Assembly: GCA_029953675.1 (NCBI GenBank)
Contig: JAMWBK010000001.1
Location: 186,001 to 250,000 of the forward strand
Source of the DNA: Rhodosorus marinus CCMP1338
Taxonomy: Eukaryota; Plantae; Rhodophyta
Length of the DNA: 64,000 bases
Direction of reading: 5' to 3'
Made by a program: the position numbers and the translations under genes
Notes under the pieces: generated by a model
What the model saw: the letters and a program-made list of their open reading frames with translations, nothing else
Database searches by the model: none
Told to the model about the DNA's origin: nothing
Shown here: piece by piece, positions 1 through 11,704 of the stretch
Position numbering within the stretch: the stretch's first letter is position 1
Layout: every line of letters starts with the position of its first letter

Positions 1-1787
1 TTGCTAAATTGCAACTCTCAAGCCAATTTGAGGGCCCGAAGTTCGTTCTTTTCTAGATACTCACCCCTTCCGAAACCGTCAAAGAAACTACGCGTCTCCA
101 CCCCTCCTGGGCACTTTCCAGCTCCTTCGCGAACTGCTCGTCGATTAGAAGAGAGGAAAGCTCCGGGTTACGGCCGTAGGCCTCCTTTATCCGGTCCAGG
201 AATTGAGCTCTGATAATACAGCCGCCCTTCCAGATTCTAGCAATCTCACCAAGGTTGAGATCCCAGTTGTTTTCAACTCCAGTCTGCTTGATGAGGTTCA
301 TCCCCTGTGAAAATGAAATACCAACAAGAACACCACAAAAATCAAGAATCAGTCCACCTTCCTTGTTGTCCTGTGGGAAATAGAGACAATAAACAAGTTT
401 GCCTCACCTGAGCATAAGAGCAAACCTTCGACGCGTAAAGTGCCTGCCGGACGTCCTCAACGAGTGCTTTTTGCTCACTAGTAATAGCTGGAGTTGGTCC
501 TTTGAGAATCTGCGCACAGGAAAATGGGAAATTTTAAACGAAAACCAGACCGCTGCATTGGCACTTCAGTTTTCCAGGTTGGGTGAGGGGTTCTCACCTC
601 TTCAGCTGCAACTCGCTCCTCCTTCAGCGAGGACAGGTAACGGGCATCAAGAGACGAGGCAATGGTTGGAGAGGGGACTCCTCGACGAACTGCCTCCTCC
701 ATTGTCCACATTCCCGTTCCCTTCGCGCCGGTTTTGTCTAGCACTTTCTCGACAAGTACAGATCCGTCACCAGCTACATCATCCTTGATCGCCATAATGT
801 TTGCCGTGATCTCAATAAGGAAACTCTTCAGGTCACCTTTGTTCCACTCGGTGAACACATCTGCAAGCTGATCTGGTGTCAAACCTCCAATTGTACGAAG
901 AACATCATAAGCTTCGCCAATGAGCTGCATATCGCCATACTCAATCCCGTTGTGGATCATTTTGACGTAGTTGCCCGCACCGCCGGGACCAATGTGGAAG
1001 ACGCAAGGTCCGTCATCAACCTATAGCATTCCGTAAAACCCGAAAAAGCGAGCTCATCAACAAAGGCACTAGAATTCATTAGGTCCTAGACTTATACCAA
1101 ACAGCGGACCTGTGCGGCAATCTTCTTGAGGATAGGCGCTACAGATTGCCACGCTTCCTCAGGTCCACCAGGCATCAGCGATGGTCCAAATCTGGCCCCT
1201 TCCTCGCCTCCGCTCACCCCCATACCCATATACATGATTCCTTTCTTTGACAGTGCTTCGGAACGACGTTCAGTGTTCTCAAACCACTCATTCCCTCCAT
1301 CGATGATCATATCGCCTTCCTCCAACAAGGGCACGAGCGCTTCAATTGTCGCGTCTACTGGCGCTCCAGCCTTCACGAGCATGATAATACTGCGTGGGCG
1401 CTCTATGGATTCAACGAACTCCTTCATATCCTTGAAGCCGGAAAACAACGCCGGATCCTCCAGCTCCCCTTGCGCTCTCGCAACAGCGTCGTCAGTCTTG
1501 GAGCTCGACCTATTGAAAACTGATATCGAGAACCCTTTCTCCGCGATATTGAGGGCCAGATTCTGCCCCATAACAGCAAGTCCGACGAGGCCAATCTTCG
1601 ACAGCTCAACGGCGGAACTTCCAGAGCCTTTGTCGGGCTTAACTTCCATTCCAACCATCCGTACACTCGAGCTCCTCAATCTTCCCAGTCGTACGCCGCT
1701 ACCATGACTGCAGGCATGAGCATGACGGCTGTCAACATTCACAGGCTTGCCCAAGAAAACGCTCGTCCCTCCAAACACAAACGCCAT
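1..1787 (-). CDS. gnd: 6-phosphogluconate dehydrogenase, plastid-targeted (3' end beyond window)
   Basis: Motifs [82 protein letters not shown]. Exons 1787-1110, 1020-598, 509-408 and 304-65 are joined by in-frame GT-AG introns. The Ser/Arg-rich N-terminus starting MAFV looks like a transit peptide. Confidence 0.97.
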
Positions 1788-2882
1788 CCTGACTCTTCTT
1801 CCCCTAACAACCCCGGAATATCAAAAAACAAACCAATGAAGCGAACCTACATCACCAACACTCCTCCCCCTCCCTCCTCGATCTGCACTAGTCAGCCATT
1901 TTCGCATCGCTCTTATATACTCAACCCAGCTATCGCTTCACCCGTCAACGGATGAAAGAAAACTCTTTTCGCGGGTCACCTATCATGATGAAAGACGCTA
2001 TCGCTCTTTGCGTGCCACATTTGACCTTTTCGCTATCTTTCGTCAAAATAATTTCATCCTTTCAAGAATTCCCCGCATTTACTTTTTAATTAATTCTGAA
2101 AATATTTCCGGTAGATATCTCCGCACTCCTTAAAACTTCATCATAAAACAATCAACACCGATTCCATTTTTTCTTGAAATAGAGAACATAAGAGGATGGG
2201 TTATAGTCCAATTTTTCGCGTGGATATTTTGTATCACCGGAAAAACCCGTACAGAGTATCTCAGTGGACCTTTCCCTGTACAGTTTTCTCGCCTGGCAAA
2301 GCTAGTCATAGCTCGAACCATATATAGACCTATCAGTCGAAAAAGTTTCTAATAAATTTTACAATATACATAATATTCTTAATATAGCGAAAAATCTTAT
2401 ATTATGAATACATCTTCTCAATCGTCTTAAGCCTCTATCATATATATTGTATAAAGACTGTTTATATGATCCAACGAAGCATACCGAGTGAAATCGGCGA
2501 ATGTATTCATATCATGAATTGTGACTATTTTAGATGGATCGCAAGGGCTTGCGCGAAAACGGAGGCTTTTCAAGAATTTCCTACGTTGACAATACTCAAA
2601 AATATGATTCGTCTAAATTATAAACTGATAGATGATTGGATCCTTAACAGCCAATGAAATCTTTAGAACGCAGCAGAGTTCGGTACCCGAAACGACGAAA
2701 GTCTGCTGAGAACCCTACGAGAATATGGTTCGACGAAGGGGCCCCACCCCACGCCCAGTCGATTGGGTTTGGGCGTTAGCAGCCAGCTTCGGTCTGAAGC
2801 TGCCGATCAGCCTACCGCTTGAGTTGAGCATTCCGCAAATGCGGCTGTTCGTCGAGAATATGGTTAGAGAGCTCTTTCCTAA

Positions 2883-4110
2883 TCATTGTCTCATATCATG
2901 CCGTGCGTTTGTTACAATCTGTAATCGATACAACGCATGGCCGAAAATTCTTGTGTTTGCGAATGACTTATGTTGCTGCAGGCACTGCAATCGACTAACA
3001 ATGGTGCGCAGACTTGTGACAAGCGGAATGACGACTATTTTCTGTAGCCTTGCTCTTCCAGTATGCACTGAGCTTGACATTGCGTTCTCATAGTGTTCAA
3101 TCATCCTTACGAACGCATTACAAAAATCTTGCTGCTGCGTTGCGAATGCCAAGCACGAAGACATCGTCTGTCGAAGACATCCGGACTTAAGCGTTTGACC
3201 TACTAGTAGTCCCGTCAAGAATGGAGAGCACAGCAATGTCTGCGTTCCGTGAGGATGCTCTGCGGACCTCGTTAATGTGCGACTGAAGCCGACTACTTGA
3301 GGGGATCAAACCCGGACAAATGGGTTGGTTGATAACTAGGACCTCTTGCTCGAAGCCTCTTGAGCCAAACAAACGCTTCTGCTGGCCTAGCTAGCGGGGC
3401 CTCGAGGATCGTTCCGAGTCGATCTTCAGAATAATGGTGCAGATCGAATGGCTCAACTAAAGCTGTCGGACAGGAACTTGCATGCAAAGCGATCTTGTTT
3501 TGTGTGCGATTCGCGCGGCCTAGAAAGAAAACCGGCGGAGATCCAGTGGACAAGATACTGGCGTTGACCTCATGCCGTGTAGCAATTCCCCCTACCTGGA
3601 GCCTTTGGCAAACCATTGCTGCTGTCATCTGAGAGCATCGTGAGATGCAAAATACCAGACTTTGCAAATGATAATGCTGACTGAAGCTATGCATTCTCAG
3701 CAATCAATGGACCAGAAGCCAGCTTGTTCATTCTGTCCCTTAACATCCACGCCAAAAGGACGCATAAAAAAAAAGCTCACCAAGGAATCAGGATCTTGAA
3801 GCTTAGATTCATTGGATGGCAAGAAAACTTGTCGGCGAACACCTTCACCAAGAGCATCTGAATCCGATACAAAGCTATTAGTCTCCCCAACACCTTGTAC
3901 TAGCGACCTGTATCATCGGGACAAAGCGCTCATAAGGCCTAGTATTTAGATACGGCGTCATAGTTGATGCTGCTTACATGCCACTCTCCTTGTTGAGCAC
4001 GTATTCGAGAGAGCCAGGGTGCATAGCGCAAACCACGACCACCAGATCAAAGCTGAACCAAATTGAAGCGTTCTCAGATGACCTAGACCGTTTCCGTCAG
4101 AACGCGGGGA
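2883..4110 (-). CDS. Probable multi-exon hypothetical protein, weak resemblance to APC4; boundaries uncertain
   Basis: Minus-strand open stretches (2883-3236, 3293-3703) and donor/acceptor-like sites near 3780 and 3968. A helical segment AMSSSVHTGRARLQKIVVIPLVTSLRTIVSRLQCL loosely recalls the Apc4 helical domain. The exon chain was not resolved. Confidence 0.25.
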
Positions 4111-4300
4111 TGACCAGAAGTGAATGCTGGAGGTTCATCTCTCGCGCTGGTGGGGGCGGTGGTATTGGAAAACGCTCTTTGGGGTTCCGATCAGACTTTC
4201 CTATGATAGTCCCCGAGGATCGACATCCAAAATTGGTTCAGGGTTAACGCGGTGTCAGTTTGAAGCTGCTTTCGAGGTTGCGTCCGCGTCCTCAACTGAG

Positions 4301-6208
4301 ATGTTGTCGCGGCTGAGGATCTCCGGGCGTGGAGGAAGCGGGAGACTCTGGAGAGCTTTCAGTACTGTAGGTTCGAAATCTACTGGGCATCCTGCGTCAG
4401 TATGTGTCGTTGGAGCTGGACCTGCTGGGTTCTACACAGCGGAGTCCTTGCTGAGAATGGCCAATGGTCGATTTAATCTGAAGCTGAGTATTGTGGAGAG
4501 ATTAGCAGTTCCTTTTGGGTTGGTACGTTTTGGGGTCGCACCGGATCATCCAGAGGTGAAATATGTAGAGAACGTCTTTCAAGGTCTGCTGGAGAACCCC
4601 TCCGTGGACTTCTTCGGAAACGTGGCCGTCGGAAGAGACGTAACAGTTCCAGAGCTTATGCAGATGTACGATGCTGTTGTATTAGCATGTGGCGCCGAAT
4701 CAAACCGCGACTTGGGATTGCCTTCGGAACATCTGCAGAACATCTTCTCAGCTAGGGACTTTGTGGGCTGGTACAACGCACACCCCGACTTTACAAACCT
4801 CCCGGTCGATCTATCTAGAATAACAGATGCCGTGGTCATCGGCAATGGAAATGTAGCATTGGACGTTGCAAGGATACTCATGAGGAACTACGAAGAGCTC
4901 GCGAAAACAGACATTTCAAACCACGCTCTGGTAAGCCCCACACCACCCTCAATCACTAGCGAGAGCTCGTGCTTCCTTTCTTATATTAAAAAACGCTTAT
5001 ACTTGAAATTAGAACTTTAGACGAATGTTAATATCACGTTTTAAAAAGAGCTGATGTATATTCAATGATTATTCATCATTATCAATCAATGTATCAATCA
5101 ATTTGAGTCTGTTTGCTGACAGTGGAGTGGGATTTGTGTTTGTCGCGCCTGTTGCTGTTTGGAATGGAATGCTCTATGAGCGATGGACTGATTTTCCCCC
5201 TTGTTTTGGTATGTATTAGAGCACGCTGAAGAGATCTATGATTAGAAGAGTTCATGTGGTTGGGCGCAGAGGATTGGCCCAGGCTGCCTGGACAGCGAAG
5301 GAAGTGCGGGAGATTTTGCACGCTGTGTCATCTGTGGCTCCGATCGTTGCGGATGAAAACGATTTGAACGTTTCTTCTGTAGATGAACAGGAGCTGCAGA
5401 GCAACCGATCGCGGAGGCGATGTGTACATATCATGAAGGATGCATATAGTAAGGGGAGAGCTTCGGAAGAATTGGCTGGGAGAAAGGAGCTGGTATTCCA
5501 TTTCCGCAGAGCTCCTGTTGAGTTTCTGCCAGACGATCATGGCAACGTAATGAGAGCTGACTTTTTGAGGACTGTGCTGGAAGGTGACGCTGGACGTCAG
5601 CGAGTGGTTGGTCTAGACGACGGGGATCGATTGAAACTCCCTGCCCAGCTCGTGGTGAAGAGCGTCGGATATAAATCCGTACCTCTCGATGGGGTACCGT
5701 TTGATCCTAAGGGATCAACCGTACCGAACGATCGCGGCAAAGTTGCCGGAGGTAAGCGCCCTTTTTTTGTTTGAAACTCTGATCCACCAAGGTCGTGGTT
5801 GCTGAGGCATTGCTCTGTATCGCTTATGCCCCGTGCCTCATACGCCTCGACCGGATAGAGGAACGCCTGTTCGTATCTGGATGGTTGAAGAGGGGCCCGT
5901 CCGGTATTATTGCAACCAACAAATGGGACGCGGAGGAGACGAGCTCGATGGCGATTTCTCACCTGTCAAAAGTACGAGACACGTCGGGGACAGGCTTACT
6001 CGGAAACGTGCGCTTGTCAGAGCTGCTCCGGAAGAGATCAGTCAAAGCTGTTGCTCTGTCTGGTTGGAACTTGATAGATGCTGAAGAACGCAAACGTGGA
6101 TCAGAACAGGACCGCCCGCGCTCGAAAATTTCATCCACCGAGGCTCTTCTTAAGCACGCGGCCTCGGCCGAGATACTCCCCACGGCTGAAGAGAACTCTG
6201 AACTGTAG
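4301..6208 (+). CDS. FDXR: NADPH:adrenodoxin oxidoreductase, mitochondrial (FDXR/Arh1 family)
   Basis: Mitochondrial-type presequence MLSRLRISGR. Motifs VCVVGAGPAGFY, PFGLVRFGVAPDHPEVK, VIGNGNVALDVAR, GRRG, SVGYKS, GWLKRGPSGII. Exons 4301-4930, 5220-5751 and 5859-6208 are in frame. Confidence 0.96.
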
Positions 6209-6362
6209 CCTTGCCCCTGTATCATAAAACTAAAACAAAAACTTCAGTTAGGTCGGCAATGTAAGGATCTCTTTAAGATTGCTCAGTTCTTGCTGTCTAG
6301 GCGAATGTCGCATTCCGAAGACGAAAAAAAATAAGCAGACCTACTCCAGTGCAAGGCTCAGA

Positions 6363-6884
6363 ATGCATGCCGTTCCCTCGTCCCGCAACATCAAAAACGA
6401 GAACCTCGTCTTCAACCCAAACAATTCTGAGCTAGTGGGGGTGCTTCTTTGGGTGATTGATATGGAGCTATTCAGGTCACGATCACTCTTCTATCTACAA
6501 AAAAAGCATATCCTACTGCGTTGCAAGATGCAGCACGAAGCTTGTACGCGATGCTCAGCCGGTCTCCACGATACAACTTCCAAACCTTGTTTCCGGTAAA
6601 ATTAATCCGCTCTCAAGGAGCGAAGACGGTGATCAATAACCAGCAGGTTGCAACTATTCTTCTAGGGAATGTCACAATCCACTTTTTACTCTCTCAGCGA
6701 AACCTTCTACATTGCAACAGCCAGCATCAGTTTAGCAGTCATGCTCAGTAGTCCTCCGGCGTTCCGCCAGTGGAACCCGTCGGGAAGCACAGGTCAGCTT
6801 AGGAGCGAAGACGGCCTGAGATCAATAATCAGCCGGTCGCAGAACTCTGGTGGGGAAGTTCACGATCATTCTCATTCGCACTAG
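6363..6884 (+). CDS. Possible small multi-exon hypothetical protein with a hydrophobic segment and His-rich C-terminus
   Basis: Short open frames, a hydrophobic stretch FYIATASISLAVML and the ending VHDHSHSH*. No family recognised; exon chain unresolved. Confidence 0.2.
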
Positions 6885-7276
6885 TCGAACTTTACTACGC
6901 TCTAAGACCGAGAATGTCCGTTCTTCTCTCCACCTGACCTGACATGAAAAATTCGTTTTCAAGTTAAAAAAAAGGACTGAAGCTCGACAATGAAGTGATC
7001 GATATCGATCTGATCGATGGGGTTTGCATCGGGTAAGGGGAAGGAGAAGAGAAGTCGTAACTGGTCGTCGTTTGCTTTGTTGTTGAAGGGCTTGTGAAAG
7101 CTTGAGGATTTGGAATGTGAAGTGCTCACGTATGAATTAGCTCCATTGTTGTAGGGTCTAGGAGAATTTTGTTTTGCTTGATTGCGTGGATTTTGGGCGG
7201 GTTGCTTGGCGTCTGTTGATCGAAGAAGAGTAGTACTTTTGGGTACCTGGGAGGGAGAACTTTTGTTGGTTTGAGG

Positions 7277-7975
7277 ATGAGTACGTCTGAGGATCTGAAG
7301 GAGAGGCTTCCTGTGCCCAAAGCAAATATTTTGATAGCAGCAGCTTGGGAGATTGGGCAAAAGTGTGCAAAGGAGAATATTAAGTTCGCAAAGTGCAAGG
7401 CTGAGGAGGCTCATATTGATCACTGCACTAGGGAGGTAAACGATTGATGATCCATTTTAGGCGGGAAGAGACAAGGCTTGAAGGCTATTTTGGGGTTCGT
7501 GGAATACTAACACATGATGCCCTTTTGATACTTGGAATTGTCCAACAGGCAAAGCAGGTTCAGAACTGCGTCCATCGAACTCTCATTCAGTGTAACGAAC
7601 AATGTCCGGTAAGTGAAGAAATATCTGATCTTCCTCATTCGCGAAAGGAACGAGGAAAAGTCTACCTGACTTTTTGTGCTCGTGCTTTCAACAGACTGAG
7701 TTCGAGGAATTTCGGCATTGCTTGCAATCCCGACCTCTGGTTCTATTGAAGCTTGAGGACTGCAAGGCTCACAAATTCAAGTTCCGTAAGTGTCGACTGA
7801 AATCAGCGTGTACCCACCTCTCTCTTCGGCACATGAGAGGCAGGGTCAAATCCCATCTCGTACTGAAACCCCGCGGTTCTTTTTGCAAGGAAATTGCATG
7901 GCCCGCAACGATAAGGAGCTAGAGACCGCTGCCGAATTCAGGAACAAAGTCTGGAAGGTGGAAAAGGAACAGTGA
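7277..7975 (+). CDS. NDUFA8: NADH dehydrogenase (complex I) subunit NDUFA8/PGIV; C-terminus ambiguous (see finding)
   Basis: Exons 7277-7435, 7549-7608 and ~7694 onward give four CX9C motifs (CAKENIKFAKC, CTREAKQVQNC, CPTEFEEFRHC, CKAHKFKFRKC), preceded by LPVPKANILIAAAWEIG, as typical of NDUFA8. Confidence 0.85.
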
Positions 7976-8722
7976 TCATGCAGCATCGAAATACTGAGGA
8001 CGAGAGTTAGAAAGACGGTCTCATCGTGTGAAGAAACGAATAGTAGCTTGCGCAAGAAGCTCATCTCTCATATCCAAGTGAAACCTTTCTACGGCTTAGT
8101 GAAGGAGGAGGGCGCAGGATCTTGCGACGAGCGTTGAAGCGCTTTTTTCCTGTTTCTCCTTCGTATAGTCTTTCCTTGCTCTCCTGGTTACCTTTTGATA
8201 AACTTTCATTTATATACGCATAAACAACGTGCGGATTTGGACTCTAATCGAGCGCCTTGAGGATCAGCAAAGACGTCGCGAAAGCCAAGGTGCCCCACGC
8301 AGTTGTGAAGAGCTGACGTAGGACAACAATGCTGTCTTTTTCAGCTCGGCTGAAACCCAGACCATTCCAAACTAGAACTCTGCATTTGCTTCGGCAGTAC
8401 TGAAGGGCTAAGATGGAGAAACCGATAATCATCTCTCGCTCAATCGTCGATAGTGCCATTCTTCAGTTGGACCAGGGCGTCTGTGCTCTGCTTGAGTATC
8501 AAAATCCCGCTCAGCGTGACACTAAGATGATCGAGTCAGCGCTTCTTGACATCCACCAACAGCCTTATGACGAAGTCAATCCGGCACGGAAAGGTCAGGA
8601 CGGAGCACTCCGACTTGCTCTTGGAGGTCACTGTTTTGCTGGTGGCAACCGGACAACTCTGCTTAGCGAAACCAAAGCTTATTGTTCATATAATTGGTAT
8701 ATTTCTTTTAACAGTGGAAGCC

Positions 8723-10847
8723 CTACATTATCATACGAACTTGTAGGGTTTGAACTTTCCTGGATGTAGAAGGAACCAAGACATTGCTTGCAAGTATAAC
8801 GTAATCCTTGGGTTTGACGATCCCTTTTGATTTCAGATGGTCAATGGCAGAGCTGATTGTAACCTCCGGATCTGAGCTGAACTCAAGTGGATACGCGTTC
8901 ACTCCCCAGTACAAACTGAGTGTTCTGATAAGCCCATCAGCACCTGTGGGACAGAAGGCTATGATAGGCACGTGTGGTCGTGTTGACGATGCCTAACGTT
9001 GTTTGAGATTTCAGGATGAATGAAGAAATACATGTTAGCTCCAGCGCTCATTATAGGTTGAGCTCCTCACTCCGGGCTAAACCACGAACCTCAATTGCGT
9101 ATGCTCCGCCCCGAGTGAAGCAGACGATGGCCGCTGCGTCGACGTTCTTGGCGAGCACGGAAGCAGAATAGGCGATAGAGGCTCGACCAGAATCTTCTCC
9201 AGCTATAGGGGCATCCTCAATGTACTCTTCCTCCAGATCAGCACCGAATACACTTTTAGATACAGTCGCCATGACGTTGACAGCTTCAAGGGGGAACTGA
9301 CCCCCCGCTGTCTCACCGCTGAGCATCGTCGCATCGGCGCCCTGGAAGACGCAGTGAGTGGGAAACAAGACCTTTCAGAGCTTAATTGCTGACCCTCGGG
9401 TCTCAAGAGATCGGATAACCCACTTGCTGCAGAGCTGTTTGAATATCAGTAATCTCAGCTCTGGTAGGTGTCGGGTACGTTATCATGGACTCTAGCATGT
9501 GAGTAGCAACTATCGTTGGCTTCTTTAGGCCGCGGTTGATCCTCACTATGCTTTCCTGGACCAGTGGAACATCCTCAAAGGGTATTTCTGATCCCAGGTC
9601 ACCGCGCGCAACCTAGGCCAATACAATGGATTTCAGCAAACACCGAGATGAGTGCTAAAAAAAAATAAAAATAGATGTCAATCCGGTACTGCGCTGACCA
9701 TTGCCCCGTCGCTTTGATCAAGAATCTCTTCCAAATAATCCATCGACTCTGCGGACTCGATCTTCGCCAGGACTAGGGCATCATCGTCTTTCTCCGAAAG
9801 AAACCTAGTTTCACACGGTTTCGAGTTTCCATTTAAGCGTGGTTTACTTCGCAATGGCTTGGAGGGCTCTTGTGTCAGTACCTTTGCAGCTCTGCGACGT
9901 CCTCGGGCCGTTTCACAAAACTGAGAGCATAGAAATCTACTTCGTTTCGCAAGCCGAACTCTATATCTTGCCAATCCTTGTCCGTGATTGCCGGGAGCGA
10001 CGCGCTCTTTCCGCGGACGTTCAAGTGCCTTCTGCTCGTGAGGGTTCCCCCGTCAATGCACTCGGTGATCACATCCACGTCGGTTATCTAGAATCAATTG
10101 AAAGCGAAGAACTTTGGTAATGCTGTATCAGACTTTTCTCCAAAAACTCTCTCTTTCTCTCACCTCTTTAATCAAGAAGCTGTTGAGTCCACCATCAATC
10201 AGCAGTGTGTCACCAACATGCACATCGTTAACGAAATCGTCATAGTTGACTTCGGTCACATTGGGAGCCTTTCCTTTGCTGTCGCTTTGTCTGATTGTGA
10301 AACAAAACTCTTCTCCTCTTTGCACTTCAATTGGATTCTTCAGGTCCCCGGAGCGGACTTCAGGCCCTTTGGTATCGAGTAGAAGGCCAAGATTGTATTT
10401 CCCCTCCGCGTTGATTTCACGTGCAATGTCTACAACGCCTTGATGCCATTCATGTGTACCGTGAGACATGTTCATCCTGATCACGTTCATCCCCGCCTCT
10501 GCAAGTTGCAGCATCATTTCCTTGCTAGCCGTCTTGGGGCCTATCGTACAGACGAGCTTAGACTGCCGGATGCCGTTTGTTGTGAAGATATCCCCAGGCT
10601 CCAATCCTTTGATGCACAAACCAAGCAATACGGGGAGTCAGACAATCCGTACGTTTTGGCCCAAGACCGACCTCGCCTTCTGGCAATAGATACCTTGGCC
10701 CGTCATCACAGCCCTATCGGGCGCAGCCACACATCGCCATGTCCTCGCACGTACTCCTATAGAGCATTTTCTCTCTCCTCGAAGCGGCGTCCGCAGACGG
10801 CTGCCCGTCCAGCTGCTGACGAAACAGGCAGGGAGATTCATTCCCAT
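8723..10847 (-). CDS. Pyruvate kinase, probably plastidic
   Basis: Motifs [57 protein letters not shown] and a C-terminal LYWGV. Ser/Arg-rich N-terminal extension; several short introns. Confidence 0.96.
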
Positions 10848-11704
10848 ACACAACGCCCTACGCACACAAGAAAAAAGATCAAGCGATACAGAGGGCTTTG
10901 ACTTAAAAGCTCCAAATGCTCTTCTACTGTTCCTTCACACACAAAGACCCCTCATAACACAGACGTTCATCCGATGTCAGAACCCGCAATCCAAAGCTGC
11001 CGGTGACACAGAAGGTCTTCCTCAAAGCAATGCTGAGACCGGAACGATCCCAGCGCATCCTCAACTCATCCAATCATACGAAATCTATTGTAAGCTTCAC
11101 CACTACAATCTATCAATGAAGCCCCAAAATCAATCATAATTACAATATTATTGAATTCAGAAATTTTATTCTGTAATATTGACTGATTGTTGAGTGACAC
11201 TTAAGATATACAACAAGTCATTTGCATCTGAGCTCCTCATCTCGTGGAGGGTAAGAAAAAAATTGGAAGAAAAAATGTATATTGCATTTTATAGCAGGGA
11301 AAAGGAAAACTAAAGTTGAATTTATATTGAAATAAATGGATCTTTGAAAGATTTTCATTATACATTTGTTTTGCCGGTCATGCGGTGATTTCGTTTTAGC
11401 AAAAAAATGCTGAGGCGTACACATCGGATAGTTGGCGACTTTCAGGGTGTGTGTGAAGTTGGGCAAAGTAGGAGAAGAATGATGCCTTGTTGAACATGGA
11501 TAAATGATTAGATATCCTCCTAGAAGAGACGATAATAATCAGAATAGTTAACCCGTGCTCACTGTCGGTCAAAAGTTTTTATAAGTGCTTGCCAAAGATT
11601 GAGTTCCGTTAGTATTGTGGTGGTCTGAACAATTGCCATTAAAACAAAGGTCCTCTCTCAGCGGACCTGGAAAATAGAGAAGGTGCTTATCTCGAACTCG
11701 GATA

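Noticed and set aside
8244-8769. Small ORFs 8413-8769 (+) and 8244-8459 (-)
   Set aside because: No recognisable family and neither strand could be favoured; not supportable as a feature.
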